A program made the position numbers and the translations under genes. A stretch of 64,000 nucleotides of DNA. Origin: a virus. Taxonomy: Duplodnaviria > Caudoviricetes. This document shows, one piece after another, positions 1-8,901 of the stretch; the first letter of the stretch is position 1; each line of letters begins with the position of its first letter. The notes below the pieces were generated by a model. It saw only the letters and a list, made by a program, of their open reading frames with translations, did no database searches and was not told where the DNA came from. The stretch lies in IMG/VR virus record IMGVR_UViG_3300028392_002123; one strand, written 5' to 3'.

Positions 1-1
1 C

Positions 2-637
2 GTCTTGTGCATGACGTTTGACACGCACTCTCCAAGAAGTAGGTTCTATATAATCAACAAGTTCTTTGACTAATGTCTCATCTAACCTGTCAATCAATCT
101 ACTTCCTTGATCTGTGGCAAAGGTACACCATGGACTTATACGACCCATCTTAATGTCTCGTACAGCCACTAAGGTCGGTACCTCTTGAAAATAATTTTGC
201 CAATTACAGTTACAACTTTCGGCCCAATCTTTCATATGTAAAATACTACGTTCGGTTGCTCTATCAACTGATTCGTGTTTCAACATATTTTTAATATATT
301 CTTCGTAGACAAAATCCTTGCACCAGTCCGACATCTTAACACTATTCATGACAATAAACTTTAAGAAATCTTCTGGTGGCTTAATGTTTAGATCTATAAT
401 ACGTTTTGCCAGTTTCATGAAACCACCAAAATATCTAGTGGCCGCGAAATCATCATATGGTTTGTCTTTTTTAACATTGGCCATGCTCAAGCGTCTATAC
501 TCTAACCATAGTTGGTATGCTATACGATTTTGTTTATCGTCTTTGGCCGAATGTCTACGCTTCTGTTCACACATGTGAGACATCAGTGTGGATTCTTTGG
601 CAAAGGCTTTGTTACAATATTTGCAATTATAGCTCAT
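2..637 (-). CDS. Zinc-finger-containing protein, runs off the left edge (absent from the ORF track)
   Basis: Manual translation from ATG at 637, open to the window edge: MSYNCKYCNKAFAKESTLMSHMCEQKRRHSAKDD...; start overlaps the end of the upstream gene. Confidence 0.8.
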   Translation of the reverse strand, partial: MSYNCKYCNKAFAKESTLMSHMCEQKRRHSAKDDKQNRIAYQLWLEYRRLSMANVKKDKPYDDFAATRYFGGFMKLAKRIIDLNIKPPEDFLKFIVMNSVKMSDWCKDFVYEEYIKNMLKHESVDRATERSILHMKDWAESCNCNWQNYFQEVPTLVAVRDIKMGRISPWCTFATDQGSRLIDRLDETLVKELVDYIEPTSWRVRVKRHAQD

Positions 638-1112
638 TGGCAGCGGTGATAATGTCTTTGTCTTTAATATGAAACTGTTCTAGCATATTGCGAGCAGATT
701 CTTTGTTCATGTTTGATATCCAGATATCTAGTTCTTGATCATCCAGATGAGGATATAAATCTTTTAACCAAGTTTTAAAAGCATTTTGTTTTTTCTTCTT
801 ACCTTTGCCGGGTGCAACATAGGGATGCTTCATACTACGTCCAACACCTACAATGGTCATTAACTTCCAAATCATTTCAGGATCTTTTATATCGCTGTAA
901 TTAACATTGACTAATTCATTGGTCATTATTAAGTAATGTTCGATTATTTCTTGACTGGGGCTTTCTGCACTACTTAGATATCGCTGAACTAACCATGGAC
1001 TAAATCCTTTACGTTCATCAGCAGATAGATTTTCGTAAAAATCTTTTTGTCGTGTGTCTATAGCGGGTAATACACGCTTAAACATATCAAGCATTGGTTG
1101 TTTGGTTGCCAT
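627..1112 (-). CDS. Probable clamp-loader small subunit (T4 gp62-like)
   Basis: FSPWLVQRYLSS...TNELVN...HPYV resembles the gp62 family pattern; size 161 aa; replication-gene context. Confidence 0.55.
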   Translation of the reverse strand: MATKQPMLDMFKRVLPAIDTRQKDFYENLSADERKGFSPWLVQRYLSSAESPSQEIIEHYLIMTNELVNVNYSDIKDPEMIWKLMTIVGVGRSMKHPYVAPGKGKKKKQNAFKTWLKDLYPHLDDQELDIWISNMNKESARNMLEQFHIKDKDIITAANEL

Positions 1113-1123
1113 GTAATATTATA

Positions 1124-1624
1124 TTAATATATTTTAGAAATGTCTAGGACTTCTGGAAGTTTGTTTGTTTCTTTGACAAAATAAGCACACACTGGCTTTT
1201 CTCCAGCAGTCAGTGGTACTGCTAAGATATGTCCATATTTAAGTTTTGGTGTAAACCATCTAACATCTTGGAACACATTAATAATTTCAATAGGCCTAAA
1301 TTCAATTCTAAAACTGCTAATAGGATTAAACACAAAGGCACTAAATCCTCTATCATTGATATGCATAATGGGCAACACTTCAGGATCGCCATGGTCCGAC
1401 TCTCCTATTACCACGTGCCAATCTAAAGGAACTTGAATAACATTTTCTCCGATTTTCAATACTGCGGCAGGTGCATGAAAAGTTTCCATAAAAATCAAAG
1501 GCACAAAATGATAGTCAACGTTTTTAGGATCGCTCCAATCTAATACCCCGTACCGCAAGTCCTCGATTTCATCCGGCAGTTGATTCAATTCAAATGCTGT
1601 GTTATCTACTGTTAATATATTCAT
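1124..1624 (-). CDS. Hypothetical beta-rich protein
   Basis: 166 aa ORF tightly packed between uvsW and the gp62-like gene. Confidence 0.7.
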   Translation of the reverse strand: MNILTVDNTAFELNQLPDEIEDLRYGVLDWSDPKNVDYHFVPLIFMETFHAPAAVLKIGENVIQVPLDWHVVIGESDHGDPEVLPIMHINDRGFSAFVFNPISSFRIEFRPIEIINVFQDVRWFTPKLKYGHILAVPLTAGEKPVCAYFVKETNKLPEVLDISKIY

Positions 1625-1626
1625 TA

Positions 1627-3081
1627 TTAATATTTTACTTTCTCGATACTAAAAGGATACTTGGCATCCTGATAATATTTTTTACGCACCGTCAGATGCT
1701 TTTTACTAAACTTTGCACTGGATGTTAAGTCCCAGATGTTTACATGGTCCTTATCTTGAGCTCGTCTAATACCCCGTCCAATGCTTTGGATAACTCTAGT
1801 AAAGCTTTTTCCGGGCTCCAGAAGAACCAAATTAAAAATACGAGGAATATTAATACCCACAGCGGCCACACCATAAGTCGCCACAATAATCTTTTTATCC
1901 GATACGCTAATCTCATCGTAATGATCTTTCCTGTCTGTTGATTTCATTGATCCGCTGACAAATACACTTTTGTCGCCTAAACGTTCGCAGATCATTTCCC
2001 CGCATTTAACTCTATCAACTAATACCAATGTGTTTCCACTTTCACTTAATCGTTCGATAAAGTTACTGATGAAATCAACACGACGAGTATTGGTTGTTAA
2101 GTATGTAAGTTCTTCCTGGTATGTATTATATTCTACAGTATCTTGTAGTTGTATAACATTAACGTGACAATCTGCCAGCACACCGATGTCTTGAAGATCA
2201 CTGGCGGCTATTTTATTTACCACATTTCCTATGCAAGCCACTAACCCAATTTGCTCAAAATCTTCTTTAGGTATAGTTCCTGTTAGTCCCCAACGGATAG
2301 GCACATTGGCAAATGCACCACTGAGCAATGCTTTTAATACATCTGCTTTGGCTTGGTGAACTTCGTCTACAATAACTGCTATCACACCATCTGCAAATTC
2401 TTCTAGACTCATGGGACTTTCTCCGTCTTTGAATCTCTTTTGTAAACTGTTAAGACTTTGCCATGTACAAATTGTATGAGTCTTATTAAGATCTTTCCTA
2501 TCGCCAAAGTATACGCCTACATCTAAATCCAAATTCTTATAGTCCGATTCTGTTTGTCTAACCAAATCTTTATTAGGCACAATAACAATACTACGGCCAT
2601 ATGGTTCTACGCATTTACTCATTGTAGCAGTCATCAACGTTTTACCTGCGCCTGTGGCAATCTCTTGCACACATTGTAAGTTAGTCAAGAACTGATTGAT
2701 AGCATTTACTTGATAATCTCTTAGCTCAATGGGTTCGCCTTCTTTTGGATGCCCTTTGGGCCAAACATGCTGACTATGTGTAGTTTCGCACACTTCCGGA
2801 AAAGCAAAGTTATGCATGGGTCGTTGATCATCAATGTCAATTTGATAACCATCATCTACCAAATGAGGTAAAATTCTATCTAGCAGATTAAAATAAGAAG
2901 CGCCAGCCAAACTAAAATAACTTACACAACCATCCCATCGACCTAATTTATATGCCGGAACATGATAGGCATAAGGCATAAAATATTTTAGTTCTTTTTC
3001 TATCTTGCGTCTTGTGCTAACTTCCAAGCCACTTACTTTAATATTGACTTCGTCTTTAATATGTATTGTACATGATGTCAT
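1627..3081 (-). CDS. uvsW: UvsW-like SF2 DNA helicase
   Basis: Q motif LRDYQ, Walker A ATGAGKT, DEVH, motif III TGT, motif VI QSIGRGIR; start moved to ATG 3081 because a -10 box lies just upstream. Confidence 0.92.
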   Translation of the reverse strand: MTSCTIHIKDEVNIKVSGLEVSTRRKIEKELKYFMPYAYHVPAYKLGRWDGCVSYFSLAGASYFNLLDRILPHLVDDGYQIDIDDQRPMHNFAFPEVCETTHSQHVWPKGHPKEGEPIELRDYQVNAINQFLTNLQCVQEIATGAGKTLMTATMSKCVEPYGRSIVIVPNKDLVRQTESDYKNLDLDVGVYFGDRKDLNKTHTICTWQSLNSLQKRFKDGESPMSLEEFADGVIAVIVDEVHQAKADVLKALLSGAFANVPIRWGLTGTIPKEDFEQIGLVACIGNVVNKIAASDLQDIGVLADCHVNVIQLQDTVEYNTYQEELTYLTTNTRRVDFISNFIERLSESGNTLVLVDRVKCGEMICERLGDKSVFVSGSMKSTDRKDHYDEISVSDKKIIVATYGVAAVGINIPRIFNLVLLEPGKSFTRVIQSIGRGIRRAQDKDHVNIWDLTSSAKFSKKHLTVRKKYYQDAKYPFSIEKVKY

Positions 3082-3087
3082 AGAACA

Positions 3088-3117
3088 ATTATAGCATATA
3101 CAGCCACAAAAAAGCAA
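3088..3117 (-). promoter_or_regulatory. sigma70-type promoter for uvsW (leaderless)
   Basis: TTGCTT-N18-TATAAT, then 6 nt to the ATG. Confidence 0.65.
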
Positions 3118-3132
3118 CCTTAAAGGTTGCTT
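3107..3132 (-). terminator. Intrinsic terminator overlapping the uvsW -35 box
   Basis: Perfect 9-bp stem AAGCAACCT/AGGTTGCTT followed by a T run on the minus strand. Confidence 0.75.
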
Positions 3133-3148
3133 AATTTGTTCATTTTAA

Positions 3149-3574
3149 TTAAATTTCTTCTGCAGGTCTATTGTCTTCATACCATAACGCAAGATCTTCG
3201 CACAGTGGCATGGTCAACGGAAGAAATTTTTTCGGTACATCAATGAATTTAATAAAATGTTCTTCCCTAAGTTCAGTAATATACTCTAGTAATTCTTCTA
3301 AGGTTACATTACATATCCATTCGCTGAGTCCTGCTTCTGCACTTGAGATTTTATCTTTGAAGAAACGTTTAAATGCTTTTTCAGCTAGTCGAATTTGATT
3401 TTCGTCTCCAACCCATACTAGCATAAAACTTTCTTCCCATACGGGTCCTACAGCATTTTGATATGTAGCAAGTCGCGAACGAGCAGTGGCTAATTGTGCA
3501 ATGCCTACTTTGAAATGTTTAGGATCGGTGACTCCCGGACACTTCTTAAAGTAAAGAATATAGTCTTTGATCAT
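3149..3574 (-). CDS. GIY-YIG-like nuclease (T5orf172/MUG113-like)
   Basis: Y...FKVG...RLATYQ...E..F...EW pattern. Confidence 0.55.
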   Translation of the reverse strand: MIKDYILYFKKCPGVTDPKHFKVGIAQLATARSRLATYQNAVGPVWEESFMLVWVGDENQIRLAEKAFKRFFKDKISSAEAGLSEWICNVTLEELLEYITELREEHFIKFIDVPKKFLPLTMPLCEDLALWYEDNRPAEEI

Positions 3575-4677
3575 TTTACAGGATAGGTAGCTTCGGGCTG
3601 AGCAAGTTTGAATCCGCCTTTGCCATGTTTATTGTAGGTGAGGATTAAACCACTGGTAACAACTTCCGGGTGACCAGCTAGCGAACCAAATTGTTGAATG
3701 AATTGAGCTTTAAAACCAGTTTGTTCGTCATGCACGACTTCAGCAGGTCCGTACTTCTTCTTAAGGATAGTACCAAGCTCGTCGTCAAATGCTGTTGGTA
3801 ACAATACACCTGTTTGCATTTCCGTATGTTGATACAGTCGTGCCATGCTGAACATAACAATGGGTTGAATAATTTCTTTAGGCCAAGTAGCACGGCAGAA
3901 ACGCAATGCTCGAGCAAGATAGATACCTTTAATACCTGAACTAGATTGTACAAGACCGTATGCACCATATAAATGGTTGATGTGACTAATGTCTCCGGCT
4001 TTTGAACTTGCTTTACGTACACGAACGTTGTTGGCATCACAGATGTTTTGGATAACAACTGGCTCAGCGTGGCCGCAGTCAACGCCGATCATATGTGCGT
4101 CATACAAACTTAATTCACGTTTGCCACTCTTGTTAATAGTAATCATACTATTGCCAGCATGACTAATCAAAATCTTTGTTGCTTCTTCCACAGAATGTGT
4201 GTCGTCAATTTGTGCTTCTGTATACCAGCAAGGCATATGAGTCCATCCTTGACGTTCACAAACTCGTGTGGTGTGATGGCCGTCCCAGAACAAATATTTG
4301 CCTGACACCGGATCTTTAATAGCACAGGGCACAATAATAGTCTCTGCTTTAAACAATGACTCAATCTTGGCAATATGATTTGGCATAACGTCACGCTGGA
4401 AACGTGGGTTAATGGCAATATCGTCCATAGACACCCATGCAAACTTAGGAACATTAAGTAACTGCGGGTCAATAGACAATCTAGGAATAAGTGAAGGTCC
4501 AAGTACGGCCGCTACAGCTTCGCCAATGGCTTTATTTGGAATAATGCCGTTAGGAAAGTTTTCCGCCATTGTACGAAGATCGATATACGAATCTTCCATT
4601 TCAAACCTAGTAGCAAACTGTGCCAAATATTTGGCAATACGCTGTTCTTTAAGTTTGGTCTTAGATAGTGAAGCCAT
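3571..4677 (-). CDS. ParB/Srx-like N-terminal domain protein (DUF6551-like)
   Basis: INPRFQRDV...IAKI...YLFWDGHHT...MPC, a ParB-N-type signature; 4-nt overlap with the downstream gene. Confidence 0.7.
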   Translation of the reverse strand: MASLSKTKLKEQRIAKYLAQFATRFEMEDSYIDLRTMAENFPNGIIPNKAIGEAVAAVLGPSLIPRLSIDPQLLNVPKFAWVSMDDIAINPRFQRDVMPNHIAKIESLFKAETIIVPCAIKDPVSGKYLFWDGHHTTRVCERQGWTHMPCWYTEAQIDDTHSVEEATKILISHAGNSMITINKSGKRELSLYDAHMIGVDCGHAEPVVIQNICDANNVRVRKASSKAGDISHINHLYGAYGLVQSSSGIKGIYLARALRFCRATWPKEIIQPIVMFSMARLYQHTEMQTGVLLPTAFDDELGTILKKKYGPAEVVHDEQTGFKAQFIQQFGSLAGHPEVVTSGLILTYNKHGKGGFKLAQPEATYPVK

Positions 4678-4712
4678 GTTGTTTTCCTTCTGTTATTAAC
4701 AGTTCTAAATAA

Positions 4713-5495
4713 TTAGTTTAATGTTCTTTTGAAAAATTCGTTGGTGCGTTTTTCTGCCAAAGCTTCTGCATCCATGTTGTATCGAATTTGCCACCGACCA
4801 ATAGCTGTAAAATTCGACTGTGCATCCCATGCATGGGTGGCATCTTTATACAAGAACATTTCGTAGTTTGGTCGATCTTTGTAACGCAAACAAGCGGCTG
4901 GCGGTGTCCACACATCAGCTTCGCCCATATGAACCATAGTAGGAATCAGTGGACGGCCTGTACTGTGTCTAATATAACCTTCATCACAATTAGGATAGTA
5001 AGCAACCGCAGAACTAATTAACTTACTGGCTTCTTCGTCATTGGCCAGTGCCATTGCCACACTTCCACCATGGCTGTAACCAATGAAAGAAATCTTTCCT
5101 TTGTGCCAAGGTTGTTGCTGAATCCATTGAGCAATTTGTTTAGCATCTTCAATGCGAAGATAAGGAGGAACTGCATTGGCACCTGCTCCGCGGTCGCCTG
5201 TACACACTTCATCATATTTCCAACCACGTGGAGTAAATGCATCATATAGCACAACATTATAGTTATCTGTTTGCGCTATAGCATTGGCCCGTCGACGATA
5301 TCCGTAGCCTTTGCTGTAAGAAAAACCATCACAGCCATGAGCAAGAATTACTGTGGCAGTAGGTTCTTTAACTCCGTAAGGCCTAATAACTTTATATTCA
5401 TCAGGATTAGTTTTAAGTTGTGCAAAAGCGCATCCGCCTAAATTTCCAATAATGCCTGCAACGGCTAGAACAACAAATATAGATTTAAATTTCAT
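4713..5495 (-). CDS. Exported alpha/beta hydrolase (dienelactone-hydrolase-like)
   Basis: Signal peptide with possible lipobox LGGC; GYSHGG nucleophile elbow, GEAD Asp, ATHAWD His. Confidence 0.85.
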   Translation of the reverse strand: MKFKSIFVVLAVAGIIGNLGGCAFAQLKTNPDEYKVIRPYGVKEPTATVILAHGCDGFSYSKGYGYRRRANAIAQTDNYNVVLYDAFTPRGWKYDEVCTGDRGAGANAVPPYLRIEDAKQIAQWIQQQPWHKGKISFIGYSHGGSVAMALANDEEASKLISSAVAYYPNCDEGYIRHSTGRPLIPTMVHMGEADVWTPPAACLRYKDRPNYEMFLYKDATHAWDAQSNFTAIGRWQIRYNMDAEALAEKRTNEFFKRTLN

Positions 5496-5509
5496 ATACA
5501 CCTTTTGAA

Positions 5510-7588
5510 TTAGAATACACTACGAACCATAACACCAACAGCATTACCTGTTTGACCTGACATACCACCGACGTTAAACTGTCGAGCAAAGTTGATGCCT
5601 GCATAAGTTGTATTGCCAACACTGACATTATAGCCTAACACCAAATCAGTTTGTCTAGTATTGTTGGCAAGATTAACACGTTCTGTGGTTGATGTTGGAC
5701 TAGCTGTTACATTATCATCGGCGCCACTATAAGTGTAGCCTGTAACTGCTGTCACGTCTGCATAACCTCGACGCACAGATACTGGACCTTGTACTGCAAA
5801 AGTTACTTGATCCTTGGTCTTACCGCTGAAGAAGATATCTTTCTTAGCTAGACCAACTTTCCAAGTGTCGCTGATAATAGTTGAACTCAATGCCAGCATA
5901 CTGTCTTGTGCATTACTTGTTCGTGTAATGCCAAGACCATAACTACCAATCAAATCCACACTTCCAGTAATTGGTGTTGAACCGCCCACCATTGCGTATG
6001 TAGTGTTACTATTACCCATGCCTAACAAGCCCGAGCCATAGTTGTTTAAAAAACCATTTTGTTCAGTCATTGCACCTACTTGTAGTTGCAATCTACCATT
6101 GCCATATGCTGTGTCGACTTGACTGGCAAAACCATTTTGACTTTGCATGAAAGTTAATACAGTATCTTTACCATAAGGAACTGCAAATTCTCGATAGTTA
6201 ATAGCATTTATTGCCAAGTAAGGACTGGTATACAAACTGTTAGCGGGATTACTAACGCCCATGGCCTTAGTAAAGTCGGAGGTAAAGTTTCTGTTAATAC
6301 CATCAACTACTTGGACATTGGCTAACACGGTGCTGGATCGCAGAGAGTTAATGCTCAACGAAGCACCTGTGGCAGTTAATGCTGTACCGCCAACTGGTGT
6401 ACCCGAAGTCAGTGCTGCCTTAGAGTATTTGATGTCTGCATAAGGCTGTGTGGCCTTGTCAAAGTTCACCATACCTTTTCCATAGACATTACTGTCACCC
6501 AAAGACGTAGCAGTATTCAAAACAACTTGTACCAACTGACTTGCTTTGAGCTGTGGCCATGCCTGATGCATCAATGCAATACCGCCACTGACTTCTGCGG
6601 CCGCTGGGCTTGTACCACTAACACCGCCAGCACCATTTGTAATATTAGAAGAAATACCTGCTGTGCTACGAGCTTGGTCTGGTACTGCACCCCAGATACT
6701 ACTACCCGGTGCTACAACATAAAAGTCTTTGACATAGTATTTGTCTTGACATACATTGGCAACAATGTTAGAACAGATACTACCAGCTTGGTTGCTACTA
6801 GCATCCATTACCCAACCACCCTTACCATCACCCTTAACATTACCAACAATTAGTACACGACCACCTAACAATAAATTACCATTGGCATCTGTCTGTGTAG
6901 CAAATGCACCTGGAAATTGTGCATAGCCTGTACCGCTGTTGCCTGCGCTGGCAACGATCACTGATGATCTTGTTGCTGTTGCAAATGCGTTAATGTCAGA
7001 AATTTTGTTACCAAAAACACTGGCCATTGCTCCGGTACTGGTGTTTGTATAGCGCGGGTCAGCTCGATAAATTCCAGGAGCCATCATAGTAGTGCCAGCT
7101 TTAAAATTGGCATCATAAGTAGCACCTAGACTCAAATTAATTACTGTGGCACCTTTACTGTCTGCCCAAGTCATTGCCTGCAACACTGATGCCATGCTAA
7201 CACCTGTAGTGGTGCCACCACTACCAACCTGTGCCAATAAAAGTTTGGCATCGGGTGCAACACCAACTGTACCCGAATTGTTAGCAACACCGCCGGCAAT
7301 ACTGGCCATCTCTGTGCCATGCAAGCCCCAATTAGTAACTGTACCTGGATAAAAGTTTTTAGCTTCTAAAAGATTGCCTTTAATGTCTGTGTGATCAAGT
7401 GCAAAGCCTTGGTCAACGACTGCAATAATAGAACCTTTACCTGTGATGCCACGACTCCAAGCGGCAGTGGCACCAATTGTAGTAAGATAAGATGATTTAG
7501 CATTAGCTTCTGCATTGGCTACCTGAGCCTGCACACTTCCTACGAATGATGCTACTGCCAGTGCTGTGAGTGTAAGTTTCAAGTTCAT
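5510..7588 (-). CDS. Subtilisin-like (S8) serine protease with signal peptide and probable C-terminal beta-barrel
   Basis: VVDQG (Asp), HGTEMAS (His), AGNSG (oxyanion Asn), GTSPAAAEVSG (Ser); beta-strand-like C-terminus ending in Phe. Confidence 0.9.
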   Translation of the reverse strand: MNLKLTLTALAVASFVGSVQAQVANAEANAKSSYLTTIGATAAWSRGITGKGSIIAVVDQGFALDHTDIKGNLLEAKNFYPGTVTNWGLHGTEMASIAGGVANNSGTVGVAPDAKLLLAQVGSGGTTTGVSMASVLQAMTWADSKGATVINLSLGATYDANFKAGTTMMAPGIYRADPRYTNTSTGAMASVFGNKISDINAFATATRSSVIVASAGNSGTGYAQFPGAFATQTDANGNLLLGGRVLIVGNVKGDGKGGWVMDASSNQAGSICSNIVANVCQDKYYVKDFYVVAPGSSIWGAVPDQARSTAGISSNITNGAGGVSGTSPAAAEVSGGIALMHQAWPQLKASQLVQVVLNTATSLGDSNVYGKGMVNFDKATQPYADIKYSKAALTSGTPVGGTALTATGASLSINSLRSSTVLANVQVVDGINRNFTSDFTKAMGVSNPANSLYTSPYLAINAINYREFAVPYGKDTVLTFMQSQNGFASQVDTAYGNGRLQLQVGAMTEQNGFLNNYGSGLLGMGNSNTTYAMVGGSTPITGSVDLIGSYGLGITRTSNAQDSMLALSSTIISDTWKVGLAKKDIFFSGKTKDQVTFAVQGPVSVRRGYADVTAVTGYTYSGADDNVTASPTSTTERVNLANNTRQTDLVLGYNVSVGNTTYAGINFARQFNVGGMSGQTGNAVGVMVRSVF

Positions 7589-7616
7589 ACAATTCCTTAT
7601 TGCTTAACATGTATGT

Positions 7617-7645
7617 ATTATAACATAAATCCTAATTAACATCAA
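7617..7645 (-). promoter_or_regulatory. sigma70-type early promoter
   Basis: TTGATG-N17-TATAAT upstream of the protease, SD AAGGA. Confidence 0.8.
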
Positions 7646-7666
7646 TTAATTGGGATTTATTATTAA

Positions 7667-8746
7667 TTAGCACACTTCTGCACGTTTTAGAATTGTTGTC
7701 TCTGCAAGACGTTTCCAATTGCCTGCGCTCATTTTACGCAGGTCTGCAATCTTCAAAACTGTACGCAATGACAACTCACGCAGACGAGCACGTTGTTCCC
7801 ATACATACTCAACAATTTCATTGGATGCACCATCTTCAAAATCGTAGCTGTCAAGCATACCATCTTGAACGATTTGTTTGATACGCAAGAACTTGTCACG
7901 CTGGGTGTCCATGGTCAAGTCCAAATAGTGGCAACGGCTTTCCAACGCATCCAAGTGGTCTTTCAACTTCTTAGAACGCACATGTTCGAACTTGATGTTG
8001 GTGATAAAAATCACACTACCTTTGAAGTCAAAACGATCTGGCACACCTTCACGACGCAACATGCTAGAATCTGTGTTCCAAGAAATAGTACGTTTCTTAG
8101 AACTGTCCAAGGCCGCTTTCAAAATGTTCAAGCTCAGGTCATCAAGCAAGATGCTGTCACAGTCGTCGAACACCAGTACATTGTTGGCATCACTGAACTG
8201 ATACAATTTGCAGTACAAACCAATAGCACTCATAGCGCCTTTAACAACTTCAAAACGAGCTTTGCGGTTGGCCATCTTGTCAAAGAGCGCGGCCTGTTCC
8301 AACACTCGTTCAACACCAAAGCTCTTACCAACTCCTGGAGGGCCACTGACAATCATTGCACGAACTGCACCTGACGTAGTACCTTCTGCCATTTGATCCA
8401 AGATGTCGAAACGTTCGCGAATACGTTGGATAGCGGCTTCTTCGCTTTCTGCGTACACTTCTGGCTCTTTGGGAGTCATCAACGAAAATACATTGCCGTC
8501 ATCTTTGTTAGCCTGACGACGTTGGCTGTCTGACATGTCTGCTACACTGGTACCTGACATAGTAATATCCTCCATTGTTTTAACTTTAATACGGATAGCT
8601 TTGCCGGGATAACCCAATGAGCCATCATCTTCAACTGTAACAAAATTACCTTTGGTACCTTGCTTAAGGTCTGCTACCAAACGGAATGTTTGATTCTTAA
8701 CTGTAACACCGCGATACTCGCCACGCAAAACTGTAACTTGTGCCAT
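7667..8746 (-). CDS. AAA+-type P-loop ATPase
   Basis: Walker A GPPGVGKS, Walker B VLVFDDCD, IFITN sensor, ALESR Arg finger. Confidence 0.85.
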   Translation of the reverse strand: MAQVTVLRGEYRGVTVKNQTFRLVADLKQGTKGNFVTVEDDGSLGYPGKAIRIKVKTMEDITMSGTSVADMSDSQRRQANKDDGNVFSLMTPKEPEVYAESEEAAIQRIRERFDILDQMAEGTTSGAVRAMIVSGPPGVGKSFGVERVLEQAALFDKMANRKARFEVVKGAMSAIGLYCKLYQFSDANNVLVFDDCDSILLDDLSLNILKAALDSSKKRTISWNTDSSMLRREGVPDRFDFKGSVIFITNIKFEHVRSKKLKDHLDALESRCHYLDLTMDTQRDKFLRIKQIVQDGMLDSYDFEDGASNEIVEYVWEQRARLRELSLRTVLKIADLRKMSAGNWKRLAETTILKRAEVC

Positions 8747-8780
8747 TTGCAAAACTCCTGTTTCGTTTAACTATGTAAGT

Positions 8781-8809
8781 ATTATAGCAGGGCTACCAAT
8801 TTCTGTCAA
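8781..8809 (-). promoter_or_regulatory. Consensus sigma70 early promoter
   Basis: TTGACA-N17-TATAAT. Confidence 0.9.
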
Positions 8810-8872
8810 TTATTGTTATTTTTGGTTTTTATTGTTATTTGCTAGAAATTGCTTTCCTGCCGCCATACATGT

Positions 8873-8901
8873 ATTATAGCAGGGCCGCCAATTTCTGTCT
8901 A
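8873..8901 (-). promoter_or_regulatory. Tandem duplicate early promoter
   Basis: TAGACA-N17-TATAAT; 27/29 nt identical to the 8779-8807 copy. Confidence 0.85.

Noticed and set aside
318-578. Plus-strand 86-aa ORF
   Set aside because: Antisense shadow of the real minus-strand zinc-finger gene (2-637), which the track missed because it lacks a stop in the window.
7793-8374. 193-aa plus-strand ORF inside the AAA ATPase
   Set aside because: Fully antisense, with no SD, promoter or motif; expected from the codon bias of the sense gene.
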